Positions 30,136 to 38,746 of a stretch of 64,000 bases of DNA are shown here, piece by piece. The notes below the pieces were generated by a model. It ran no database searches and was not told where the DNA came from. It saw nothing but the letters and a program-made list of their open reading frames with translations. The stretch lies in contig OZ244905.1 of the NCBI GenBank assembly GCA_965221695.1, forward strand, positions 2,560,001 to 2,624,000, read 5' to 3'. The stretch is from Gammaproteobacteria bacterium. GTDB lineage: Bacteria > Pseudomonadota > Gammaproteobacteria > Eutrophobiales > Eutrophobiaceae. The position numbers and the translations under genes are program-made. Numbering within the stretch: position 1 is the stretch's first letter; every line of letters starts with the position of its first letter.

Positions 30136-30786
30136 ATGATAATCATTATTCAATGCGCAGCATCCAAACAACAAAATGCCGGCTATTTGCGCCGACAAGA
30201 AGGCCAAAAAGTTCTATTCGTTGCCGACCCGCGCAAAGCGCCGACCAATGAGCGCTACATACATGCTCATCCGGATGATATTTCAGATACTGGTAATTCA
30301 TGGCGGAAGGAACTGCTGAACTATAACGATGCTCCGGGTAACAACCCGTTCGGATTACTGCCCGCATGGAAACTTTATAAGAACCGAACTTATGGGCTCC
30401 TTGCAGAGCATTACGGATTGGAAAAACTCTATATTCTGTCGGCAGGATGGGGGTTAATTCCGGCGAACTTTTTGACACCTTGCTACGATATCACTTTCAG
30501 TAACCAGGCTGACACCTATAAACGCAGGAGAAAGCGGGATGACTACCGGGACCTGCAGATGCTGCCAACAGATACCAGGGAGGAAATAGTATGCTTTGTG
30601 AGCCAAGGCTATATCCCGCTGCTGAATGAACTGACAAAGAACATCAATGCGCCCAAACGCCTGTTTTACCGTAGCGAAAAAATCCCGTACGCGCCAGGTT
30701 TTAAATTATATGAGCATACCACCACAACACGGACCAACTGGCATTACGAGTGCGCCCGGAAGTTTATGAGCGAGACGACTGCATAA
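30136..30786 (+). CDS. YaaA/DUF328/DUF6884-like protein
   Basis: IIIIQCAASK, PAWKLY, YILSAGWGLI, YDITF motifs. Confidence 0.6.
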   Translation: MIIIIQCAASKQQNAGYLRRQEGQKVLFVADPRKAPTNERYIHAHPDDISDTGNSWRKELLNYNDAPGNNPFGLLPAWKLYKNRTYGLLAEHYGLEKLYILSAGWGLIPANFLTPCYDITFSNQADTYKRRRKRDDYRDLQMLPTDTREEIVCFVSQGYIPLLNELTKNINAPKRLFYRSEKIPYAPGFKLYEHTTTTRTNWHYECARKFMSETTA

Positions 30787-30842
30787 GCCGGGTAAACTTT
30801 TCAAAGATACTATGTTGATTGGTACGCTTGAGTACATTATTT

Positions 30843-30878
30843 GACTGGACTCCCGCTTTCGCGGGAGTGGTACGGAGG
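30843..30878. repeat. REP family A single arm
   Basis: ACTGGACTCCCGCTTTCGCGGGAGTGGTACGGAGG, identical to the right arm of the element ending at 28408. Confidence 0.85.
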
Positions 30879-31067
30879 CATGAACAAGCTTGGGTTAACA
30901 GTTACGCCGGGTGCTGATCATGAGGGTTGAGCTTCCCGATACATAATATGGATGAGTGTTCAGTAGGAAACCGGGATTGCCTTACCGACATTCTCAGCAT
31001 ATGATTGAATGATTATGCTTATCAGCAGTCAAATCAAAGAACATCTTTAGAAAAACCATCCGGTTCA

Positions 31068-31280
31068 ATGTATAGAACAATCCTATTACTCGCGCTAGCC
31101 AGTTTCACGGCTATGGCGCAGCAGGCGGCGGATGTTTCCGAAGCTGAGGCTGCGCAAGCCCAAGAGGGAACAGGGGAGCCGCAGGCTGAGCAGGAAATCG
31201 TCGATGCTGCGCCGGATATCTTCGACCCGACTGAGGAGGTTTCCGAGGATTATCCCGTGGATTTTCCTGTAGACATATAA
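31068..31280 (+). CDS. Small acidic exported protein
   Basis: Signal peptide from ATG 31068, then an acidic tail ending FDPTEEVSEDYPVDFPVDI. Confidence 0.65.
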   Translation: MYRTILLLALASFTAMAQQAADVSEAEAAQAQEGTGEPQAEQEIVDAAPDIFDPTEEVSEDYPVDFPVDI

Positions 31281-31297
31281 CCCGGATCAGCCCTGTT

Positions 31298-32095
31298 ATG
31301 AAATTTAATCGGACAACAGACTTTTTCTACCAGTTATTTACGCTGATCGCTGCGATCATCATCGTTCATGCGGTATATGTTGCGGTGATCCGGCCGAACG
31401 CGGAAGCCCTGTTGGAGGAGCAACGCATACAGCAGGAGGCGGGCGCCAGCTATGAGGTCAAGCGTTCCGTCTATATTGTGATCAAGGACTTTGAACAGGA
31501 GGCCTGTTTTATCCTGGCATTGTGGGTCGTGGCCATCATCGGCCTGAAGGCCCGGTTTGCGCTCTCCGAAAGACGGCTGCTGAGCCGGTCCCTGCTGGAA
31601 GTGGCGCCCGGCGCGACTATCCTGCCCGAGGATACCCGGCAATACATCAGGCCGTTACAGGCGCTGCCGGAAAACGAACGGGAATACCTGTTGCCGCGGG
31701 CGTTGCAGGCGGCCCTGCAACGGTTCGGGTCCACCGCGGATATACAAGATGTGTCCTCGGCCATCAGAGAGATATGCGAGACCGAATCCGACCGGCTGGA
31801 TTCCGAGTTGTCGATGATCAGGTACATCATCTGGGCGATACCTTCCATCGGCTTCATCGGCACCGTGCGCGGCATCGGCGAAGCCCTGGGGCAGGCCCAC
31901 CGCGCAGTGGAAGGCGATATTGTGGGCGTAACCGTGAGCTTGGGAGTGGCCTTCAACTCCACGTTCATCGCACTGATTATCAGCATCTTCATCATGTTCC
32001 TGATGCACCAGTTACAGTTGCTACAGGAACGGCTGGTACTGGACTCCCAGAATTATTGCGACGTCAACCTGTTGCGCCACTTGCAAGTCCGGTAA
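31298..32095 (+). CDS. MotA/TolQ/ExbB-family proton channel
   Basis: WAIPSIGFIGTVRGI...LGVAFNSTFIAL, the ExbB/TolQ TM-hairpin signature. Confidence 0.88.
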   Translation: MKFNRTTDFFYQLFTLIAAIIIVHAVYVAVIRPNAEALLEEQRIQQEAGASYEVKRSVYIVIKDFEQEACFILALWVVAIIGLKARFALSERRLLSRSLLEVAPGATILPEDTRQYIRPLQALPENEREYLLPRALQAALQRFGSTADIQDVSSAIREICETESDRLDSELSMIRYIIWAIPSIGFIGTVRGIGEALGQAHRAVEGDIVGVTVSLGVAFNSTFIALIISIFIMFLMHQLQLLQERLVLDSQNYCDVNLLRHLQVR

Positions 32096-32116
32096 AAGCA
32101 AACGGCAGAAGTTTGA

Positions 32117-33463
32117 ATGAACATCGCAGTCATAGAACTGAACGACTCGGAGGTCACCCTGGTCCAGTCCGGACAGATCGTGGCGCGCAGCCCCGGCATT
32201 GCCGTGATCAAGGAGGACCGCATTGAGCTGGGGCAGGCGGCGCTGCAATCCACGCATATTGACCCCAGGAATACCTTCAGCCGGTTCTGGAGCAACCTGA
32301 ACCAGGACAACCTCAAGCACAAGACGAAACTCGCCAGGCATAATGCCGACCTGGCCTTTGCGCACTTGTCTGCTTTGCATGACATGGCGGGCGAGGTGGA
32401 GGAGGCGCTTCTTGCCGTGCCCGGTAGCTTCACCAGCGCGCAGCTCTCGTTGCTGCTGGGCCTGGCGCAAGCCTCTCCGTTTTCGGTGACCGGCCTGGTG
32501 GACGCCGCAGTGGCGGCAACCGCGGCGACGGCCGGGCCAGGCAGTTACAACCACCTGGACATCCAACTGCACCAGACCGTGGTCACCTCCCTGGAGGTTT
32601 CAGGCACCGCGAAGCGCGTCGCAGTGAAAGTGATTGACGATGTCGGGCTGCTGGAGATTCAGGATAAGTGCTTGAATCACATCGCTGACCTGTTCATCCG
32701 CCAATCCCGGTTCGACCCGCTGCATCATGCGGCAACAGAACAAGCCCTTTGCAACAGTCTGACACAATGCCTGGAAGAACTCCGGACCGAGGCAGACTCC
32801 CTGGTCGATATCGGGTTCGAGAACGCACGTTACCAGGCTCGGGTGAGTCGGGAACGCCTGGTAGAAACTTTGGAACCATTGTATAACCGGATCAGCGCCG
32901 GCGCCGACAGCGCCCGAGTTTGTCTGGTAAACAAGCGTCTGGCCGGGCTTCCGATGTTTACCGAACACCTGGCCGCAAGCGGTAACGAGGTTCGCATCCT
33001 GGACGAGCGCGCGGTCTTTGCCGGTTGCATGGATTATGCGTCGGAGCGCAAAACCGGGGATGACGGAATTTATTTCGTTACCGAACTCAAGACCATTGGC
33101 GAACCACCGGCAATCAGCGGCACAGCAACCGCGTTGGCGCAAGAACCTGAAGCCGGTCCGACCCATCTCCTGGTGGATGCAGAGGCCCACCCGCTTGGAC
33201 AGGCCCCGTTATACCTGTCCGCGCAAGGCGCATTATCCGCATCCGGCGGGCAGGAATTCCTCTGTTCGCTGACCCTGAACGGTGCGGCGGCAACCCTGGT
33301 CCCGGCGGACGCCGGCACAGAGATTTATGTCAACGGTCATACCGTGCGCGGTCATGTCAGTCTCAGCTTGGGTGATAACATCAGTTTTGCCAACTCGGAT
33401 CGCGCATTTACCCTGATCAGGACGCTGGCGGCAGGACAGGAACCCCTCTCCGGAGACAGATGA
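32117..33463 (+). CDS. Degenerate Hsp70/actin-like fold protein with C-terminal FHA-like domain
   Basis: AVIELND, LAVPGSFTSAQ, LVDAAVAA, HLDIQ parallel the DnaK NBD motifs; C-terminal IYVNG...LSLGDNISF. Confidence 0.6.
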   Translation: MNIAVIELNDSEVTLVQSGQIVARSPGIAVIKEDRIELGQAALQSTHIDPRNTFSRFWSNLNQDNLKHKTKLARHNADLAFAHLSALHDMAGEVEEALLAVPGSFTSAQLSLLLGLAQASPFSVTGLVDAAVAATAATAGPGSYNHLDIQLHQTVVTSLEVSGTAKRVAVKVIDDVGLLEIQDKCLNHIADLFIRQSRFDPLHHAATEQALCNSLTQCLEELRTEADSLVDIGFENARYQARVSRERLVETLEPLYNRISAGADSARVCLVNKRLAGLPMFTEHLAASGNEVRILDERAVFAGCMDYASERKTGDDGIYFVTELKTIGEPPAISGTATALAQEPEAGPTHLLVDAEAHPLGQAPLYLSAQGALSASGGQEFLCSLTLNGAAATLVPADAGTEIYVNGHTVRGHVSLSLGDNISFANSDRAFTLIRTLAAGQEPLSGDR

Positions 33464-34545
33464 GGAACAAGAGACTGCTGACCCCTTTCAGCCTGTCGTT
33501 CCTTGACATCATGTCATGCGGCTTCGGCTCGGTGGTGCTGCTGTTCCTTATCATCAAGCATAACGTCGATACCCATACCATTATTCCTGTTGACACCCGG
33601 GACCAGACTGCTGAGGTGATGCTGCTGGAGGAGGAGATACTGGAAGGCAAACAAAACCTTGCCAAGGCCCGCAATACCATCTCGGAAATTGACGAGCAAC
33701 TGGCGCTTGCGCAAGGCATGGCCCGGCGCATCATGGAGAAGATCCGGGAAACACGCTCGCTCGCGGACCAGTTGACCGATACCACCAGCACTGTGGAACT
33801 GGACCGCTTGAAGCTGAATATCAAGGAGTTGGAGGAACAGAGACAACAGTTGCAAGAGGAGGTCAAGGACACGGGAGGCAATGTCCGGCGCCTGGTGGGC
33901 GATGGCAACCGCGAGTACCTGACCGGTCTGAAACTGGGAGGGAAACGCATATTGATTCTGCTGGATGTCTCCGGCAGTATGCTGGACGATACCATCGTCA
34001 ACATCATCCGCTTTCGCAATATGCGCGATGGGCTCAAGCGCAACGCGCCCAAATGGGTGCAGACCTTGCGCATGGTGGAATGGCTCGTTGCCGGGTTCCC
34101 CAGAGACAGCCAATACCAGATCTATGTGTTCAACACGGAAACCCGCTCGCTATTGCCGGGCTTGACCGGGAAGTGGCTGGACATAAGCAACAAGCCGGAA
34201 CTGGATTCGGCGATGGGTGAGCTCGGCAAGATCGTGCCGGAGGGTGGCACCAACCTGGAAAACGCGTTTGCCGCGATTGGCAAGTTGCGACCGCGGCCAG
34301 ACAACGTCTACCTGATCACGGATGGCCTGCCGACGCTGGGTTCGAGGAACCTGCGCGGCGTCACCATTACCGGCAAGCAACGCCTGAACCTGTTCACCAG
34401 GGCGATAAAGCAGATGCCCGGCAATGTGCCCGTTAACGTTATCCTGGCGCCGCTGGAAGGCGACCCGGAAGCGGCTTTTGCCTACTGGCGCCTGGCTTTG
34501 AACACGGGCGGCTCGTTTCTCATCCCGAGCGAGGACTGGCCATGA
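33460..34545 (+). CDS. Membrane-anchored coiled-coil + vWA protein 1
   Basis: TM SFLDIMSCGFGSVVLLFLII, coiled coil, MIDAS LDVSGSM, GGTNL, LITDG. Confidence 0.85.
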   Translation: MRNKRLLTPFSLSFLDIMSCGFGSVVLLFLIIKHNVDTHTIIPVDTRDQTAEVMLLEEEILEGKQNLAKARNTISEIDEQLALAQGMARRIMEKIRETRSLADQLTDTTSTVELDRLKLNIKELEEQRQQLQEEVKDTGGNVRRLVGDGNREYLTGLKLGGKRILILLDVSGSMLDDTIVNIIRFRNMRDGLKRNAPKWVQTLRMVEWLVAGFPRDSQYQIYVFNTETRSLLPGLTGKWLDISNKPELDSAMGELGKIVPEGGTNLENAFAAIGKLRPRPDNVYLITDGLPTLGSRNLRGVTITGKQRLNLFTRAIKQMPGNVPVNVILAPLEGDPEAAFAYWRLALNTGGSFLIPSEDWP

Positions 34546-35546
34546 GGAAAAAACGGCGGGAAAACGAGGCGTTCAGCATCTCGTTTCTGGACGTCATCAC
34601 TTGCGGATTTGGCGCCATCATACTGTTGCTGATGATCGCCAAGACCGGAGACAGCCCCATCCTGGAGAGCGCGCTGGAATCCATGCAGGGTATTGTTCGG
34701 GAATTGCAGGTGCAGTTATTTGAAATCCGCGGCGAGGCCAAAATCCTCAATCGTGAACTGGACGCCAAACATGAGCAGCGTTCGGAATGGGATCTGCGGG
34801 TCGCGCGCCTGCAAGCGGAACTGGCACAGGAAGAACTGCGTTATAACAGTGTGCGAGATGACGCCGCGGTCGGCGTCATCATTAAAGGAGAGCTAGAGCT
34901 GGCACTGCAGCAGCTCACGGATGAGATGAAACGCCTGCTGTCACAAGAAGACCGCGTTCGGACGGGCCTGGTTGGCGGCATACCGGTAGACAGCGAGTAT
35001 GTTATTTTCATCATCGATACCTCGGGCAGCATGGTGAACTACCATTGGGAGAACATGATCAACCAGTTGATTACCACTCTTGATGTATACCCCCGCTTGA
35101 AGGGGATACAGATTATGAGCGACATGGGCGATTTTCTGTTTTCCCAGTACCGGAACAAGTGGATTCCCGATACCAAAGGCAGGCGACAGGTGATCATCCG
35201 AACCTTGCGTTCCTGGCGCGCATTCAGCAACAGCAGCCCGGTGGAAGGTATCACCCGGGCTATCCGCGCCTTTTATGATCCCGCAAAGAAGATCAGCATC
35301 TACGTATACGGCGATGAGTTTACCGGCCCATCAATCCGGGAGGTTCTCAATACGGTTGCGCGCATCAACCCGAAGGACAAGGGCGGCAATCCGCGGGTGC
35401 GCATCCATGCGGTCGGCTTTCCTGTTCCATCCAGCGCATCTGAACATTTCCTTTTGACCAACAAGCGTTATGCGTCGCTGATGCGCCAACTGACCCACGA
35501 AAACGGCGGCGCTTACGTCGGCCTGAATGACCCAGGAGCGCGATAA
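34542..35546 (+). CDS. Membrane-anchored coiled-coil + vWA protein 2
   Basis: TM SFLDVITCGFGAIILLLMI, coiled coil, IDTSGSM, YGDEF, RIHAVGF. Confidence 0.85.
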   Translation: MRKKRRENEAFSISFLDVITCGFGAIILLLMIAKTGDSPILESALESMQGIVRELQVQLFEIRGEAKILNRELDAKHEQRSEWDLRVARLQAELAQEELRYNSVRDDAAVGVIIKGELELALQQLTDEMKRLLSQEDRVRTGLVGGIPVDSEYVIFIIDTSGSMVNYHWENMINQLITTLDVYPRLKGIQIMSDMGDFLFSQYRNKWIPDTKGRRQVIIRTLRSWRAFSNSSPVEGITRAIRAFYDPAKKISIYVYGDEFTGPSIREVLNTVARINPKDKGGNPRVRIHAVGFPVPSSASEHFLLTNKRYASLMRQLTHENGGAYVGLNDPGAR

Positions 35547-35547
35547 T

Positions 35548-36186
35548 ATGAACTTAAGACCTTTTTACATTGCCGGCATAGTGTTAATTCTCAGCGCCTG
35601 TGAGCAATCCGTTTCGCTCAAGGTAGACAGCGAGATACCCACCCCGGTCATCGCCAGGATGCCGGTAACCATCGGCGTTTACCTCGGGGATGAATTGCGT
35701 AACTTCGCATACGAGGAAAATTCCGAAGACCGGCCCAACTGGAAGATCGATAGCGGCTCCTCTCATGTGGCCTTGTTCGAACAAATCCTCGGCTCCATGT
35801 TCGTGCAGACACTGGAAGTAACGAGTACTGAGGCCAGCGCAGGCGTCGACGCAGTCCTGGCGCCCAGCGTCTCGGAAATGCAGTTTGCGCTCCCCGCGGA
35901 AACCAGCTCGGAATTTTATGAAGCCTGGATAAAATACGATATAGCGCTCTACAACGCCGATGGCAGCGCCATTGCAAACTGGTCGGTCACCGGTTACGGC
36001 AAATCGTCCACCGAGTTCATGAAGAGCCGCGACAAGGGGCTGAACGCCGCAGTCAACCAGGCCCTGCGGGATGCCGGCGCGAAATTTGCGCTGGGCTTTC
36101 AAAAGGTAGAAGCAGTCAACACCTGGCTTGAAGGTTTGACACCTGCAGATGACTTGGGTGGTTTATCCACAGATGGCGCAGAATAG
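35548..36186 (+). CDS. Uncharacterised lipoprotein
   Basis: Lipobox LSAC; starts 2 bp after the upstream stop. Confidence 0.75.
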   Translation: MNLRPFYIAGIVLILSACEQSVSLKVDSEIPTPVIARMPVTIGVYLGDELRNFAYEENSEDRPNWKIDSGSSHVALFEQILGSMFVQTLEVTSTEASAGVDAVLAPSVSEMQFALPAETSSEFYEAWIKYDIALYNADGSAIANWSVTGYGKSSTEFMKSRDKGLNAAVNQALRDAGAKFALGFQKVEAVNTWLEGLTPADDLGGLSTDGAE

Positions 36187-36190
36187 CGCA

Positions 36191-36277
36191 GACTAACCCG
36201 AGCGCCCCCATCCCATACCCGTAAACGGGAATCCAGTAAAACAACAGGTCGCTCTGCGAGCGACACAATATTAGACT
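36191..36277. repeat. REP family A partial element
   Basis: CCCGTAAACGGGAATCCAGT plus GTCGCTC/GAGCGAC hairpin. Confidence 0.7.
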
Positions 36278-36320
36278 ATAATTTAAAGTTGTAACAAACA
36301 TCTATGTGCATTGCGCAAGT

Positions 36321-36989
36321 ATGAAAATCCTGTCGAATATCATCGTACTGGTTGGTTTGGTCCTGTTGGCCGGGTGTAAGAGCACCACTGTGATCGACGA
36401 GTATCGGGAAACTTCTGTTGCAAAGATAGTCGGTGGCGAGTCCATTGTGATACTGGGCCGGCGCCACAGCTCCGGCTATGAGACCGAGGACGACTTCATA
36501 AACTGTGTCGGCAAGTCGGTGACACAGGGGCAGTCCGAGATCAACGTGATCCCGGAAAAGGATTTTATCGACAGCATGTACCCGTACTTCGAGACCAGTA
36601 CCGCACCGATGGACGTGAGGAACCTGGGTAAGCTGGCGCAGATCCCGGTCATTGCCGACAAGTTCAACGATTTTAACCTGCGTTATTTTGTCTGGATTGA
36701 CGGCGCTACCGAAAGAACGGATTCCTCCGGTTCCGTGTCCTGTGCCGTGGGACCGGGCGGCGGCGGGTGTTTCGGTTTTGCCTATTGGAAAGACGAGGCG
36801 AACTATGAGGCCAGCATCTGGGATTTCAAACAACTGGCCCTGTCCGGCAAGATCAATGCCGAGACCAAAGGCACCTCGTTCATGCCGGCGATAATCATCC
36901 CCATCCCGATGCTGGCCCGGGTCCAGGAAAATGCCTGCAAGTCCCTGGCCAACCAGATCAAAACCTTCTTCACTGAACAGCCAGGCTGA
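36321..36989 (+). CDS. Uncharacterised lipoprotein
   Basis: Lipobox LAGC; internal CAVGPGGGGC. Confidence 0.75.
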   Translation: MKILSNIIVLVGLVLLAGCKSTTVIDEYRETSVAKIVGGESIVILGRRHSSGYETEDDFINCVGKSVTQGQSEINVIPEKDFIDSMYPYFETSTAPMDVRNLGKLAQIPVIADKFNDFNLRYFVWIDGATERTDSSGSVSCAVGPGGGGCFGFAYWKDEANYEASIWDFKQLALSGKINAETKGTSFMPAIIIPIPMLARVQENACKSLANQIKTFFTEQPG

Positions 36990-37037
36990 CCCTCAGCCGC
37001 AGGGCAACCGCACATTTTGTGTTTTACCGCTTTCTCC

Positions 37038-37092
37038 GGGAGCGCGGGCGTCTCGCCCGCCAGTCAGACGCGAGCAAGACACCCGCGCTCCC
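37038..37092. repeat. REP family B doublet between convergent genes
   Basis: GGGAGCGCGGGCGTCTCGCCCGC...GCGAGCAAGACACCCGCGCTCCC inverted pair. Confidence 0.75.
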
Positions 37093-37169
37093 AGGAAATT
37101 AGTGACCGATTTATCGCGCCTTAACGGCGCAGCGGGTGTCAGGATTCAAAGGATGCGGTTGCCCGGCCC

Positions 37170-38417
37170 TCAGCCCGCAGCCATCTCCAGCATCGCGTGC
37201 AGCAGAACGTTGCAGCCGGCTTCCACATCTTCCCTGCTGGCATTTTCTGCCTCGTTGTGGCTTAGTCCACCCTCACAGGGAATGAAGATCATGCTGGTGG
37301 GCGCTACCCTGGACACATTCACGGAATCGTGGCCGGCGCCGCTTACCATCTCCCTGGCGTCGTACCCCAGTGTGGCGGCCGCAGTACGTACAGCATTAAT
37401 GCAGCCCTCGTCAAAATCAATGGCCGCGTATTCAAGCTCCTGCATGACTTCCGCGGACAAACGGTATTTTGCGCATTCATTACTGACGATTTCACGCATA
37501 ATCCGCGCCATGTTCTCTACTTGCCGCCGTTCGGGGTGGCGCAGATCTGCGGTGATGATAACCCGTTCCGGCACGGTATTGCGCGCGCCGGGTTCGGCCC
37601 TGATATCGCCGAAGGTAATTCTTGCCTGGGGCTTGAAATCGTCGGCAAGCTGGTAGAGCTTGTCCAGTATCCCGTGCAAGGCCATGAACGGGTCCCGGCG
37701 CACCTCCATCGGTGTCGTTCCCGCATGGCACGGAACACCGCCGATGATCAGGTCATACCAGCCAATGGCCTGGACTCCGTTCACTATGCCGATCTGCAGG
37801 CCCTCATGTTCCAGTATCGGACCCTGCTCGATATGGACTTCGAATGCGGCCTTCAGCGGTTTTGGCTGGCATGGCTCAGGGCCAAGATAACCGATTCGCT
37901 GCAATTCTTCTTTTACGGTCTTTCCTTCCTTATCCACGCGGTCGTGTCCGTAATCCAGGTCGAACGCGCCGGCCCATACCCCTGAACCCAGCATCGCCGG
38001 CGCGAAGCGGGCGCCTTCCTCGTTGGTCCAACTTACAACTTCCAACGGGTGCCGGGTCTCCACACCCTGGTCATTCAGGGTACGGATCACTTCAAGACCG
38101 GCAAGAACTCCGTATACACCATCAAACTTCCCTCCCGTGGGTTGGGTATCCAGGTGCGAACCGGCAATCACTGGCGGTAGCGAATCATCCGCGCCCGCAC
38201 GGCGGGCGAAGATATTGCCCATGGCGTCGGTGGTCACCGTGCAACCGGCAGCCTTGCACCAGGATACAAACAGGTCCCGGCCCGTCCTGTCTTCCGCAGT
38301 AAGAGCCTGGCGGTTACAACCCCCACGCGGCGTTTTCCCGATCTCGGCCATTTCCATCAGGGATGACCATAGCCGGTCACTGTCAATCCTGATTGTGGCG
38401 TTGCTTGCTGATGTCAT
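37170..38417 (-). CDS. M20 Zn amidohydrolase (N-carbamoyl-amino-acid hydrolase / beta-ureidopropionase type)
   Basis: GSHLDTQPTGGKFDG, NEEGARF, EVHIEQGP, HAGTTPM, SGAGHD, SHNEAE. Confidence 0.9.
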   Translation of the reverse strand: MTSASNATIRIDSDRLWSSLMEMAEIGKTPRGGCNRQALTAEDRTGRDLFVSWCKAAGCTVTTDAMGNIFARRAGADDSLPPVIAGSHLDTQPTGGKFDGVYGVLAGLEVIRTLNDQGVETRHPLEVVSWTNEEGARFAPAMLGSGVWAGAFDLDYGHDRVDKEGKTVKEELQRIGYLGPEPCQPKPLKAAFEVHIEQGPILEHEGLQIGIVNGVQAIGWYDLIIGGVPCHAGTTPMEVRRDPFMALHGILDKLYQLADDFKPQARITFGDIRAEPGARNTVPERVIITADLRHPERRQVENMARIMREIVSNECAKYRLSAEVMQELEYAAIDFDEGCINAVRTAAATLGYDAREMVSGAGHDSVNVSRVAPTSMIFIPCEGGLSHNEAENASREDVEAGCNVLLHAMLEMAAG

Positions 38418-38422
38418 ATTAA

Positions 38423-38573
38423 GGAACCTCTGATTAAGTCAGAGGTTCCTACGATACAAGGATGTATCGTCAATATCAATGACTGTAAGGCATTGATATT
38501 GTGAGGAAAACAAAAATCGCATTTTTGTTTTCCGTACTCTGACAAGTCCAGGATGGACTTGTTCAGAGTTTCC
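38423..38573. mobile_element. 151-bp MITE copy 1
   Basis: Terminal inverted repeats GGAACCTCTGA / TCAGAGTTTCC, TTAA on both sides; inverted copy at 42677-42827. Confidence 0.85.
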
Positions 38574-38581
38574 TTAAATTA

Positions 38582-38676
38582 ATTTGCTGTGTGTATTTTG
38601 TATAACCTATCCCCGATACCATTCCCGTGCAAACGGGAATCCAGTAAAATAAAGCGTCGCCCTGCGGGCGACACCC
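38582..38676. repeat. REP family A partial element
   Basis: ATTTGCTGTGT leader, ACCATTCCCGTGCAAACGGGAATCCAGT, GTCGCCC/GGGCGAC hairpin. Confidence 0.8.
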
Positions 38677-38746
38677 TGTTCATGATCACCCACAACTGCT
38701 GACGCAAATCTATTCGATGAACCGGTAAGGTATCCGAGTTAACATT

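Noticed and set aside
31298-35546. Zorya, flagellar stator or a standard Tol/Ton system
   Set aside because: No long ZorA tail, no OmpA-like peptidoglycan-binding domain, and no TonB/TolA/TolB/Pal or flagellar genes adjacent.
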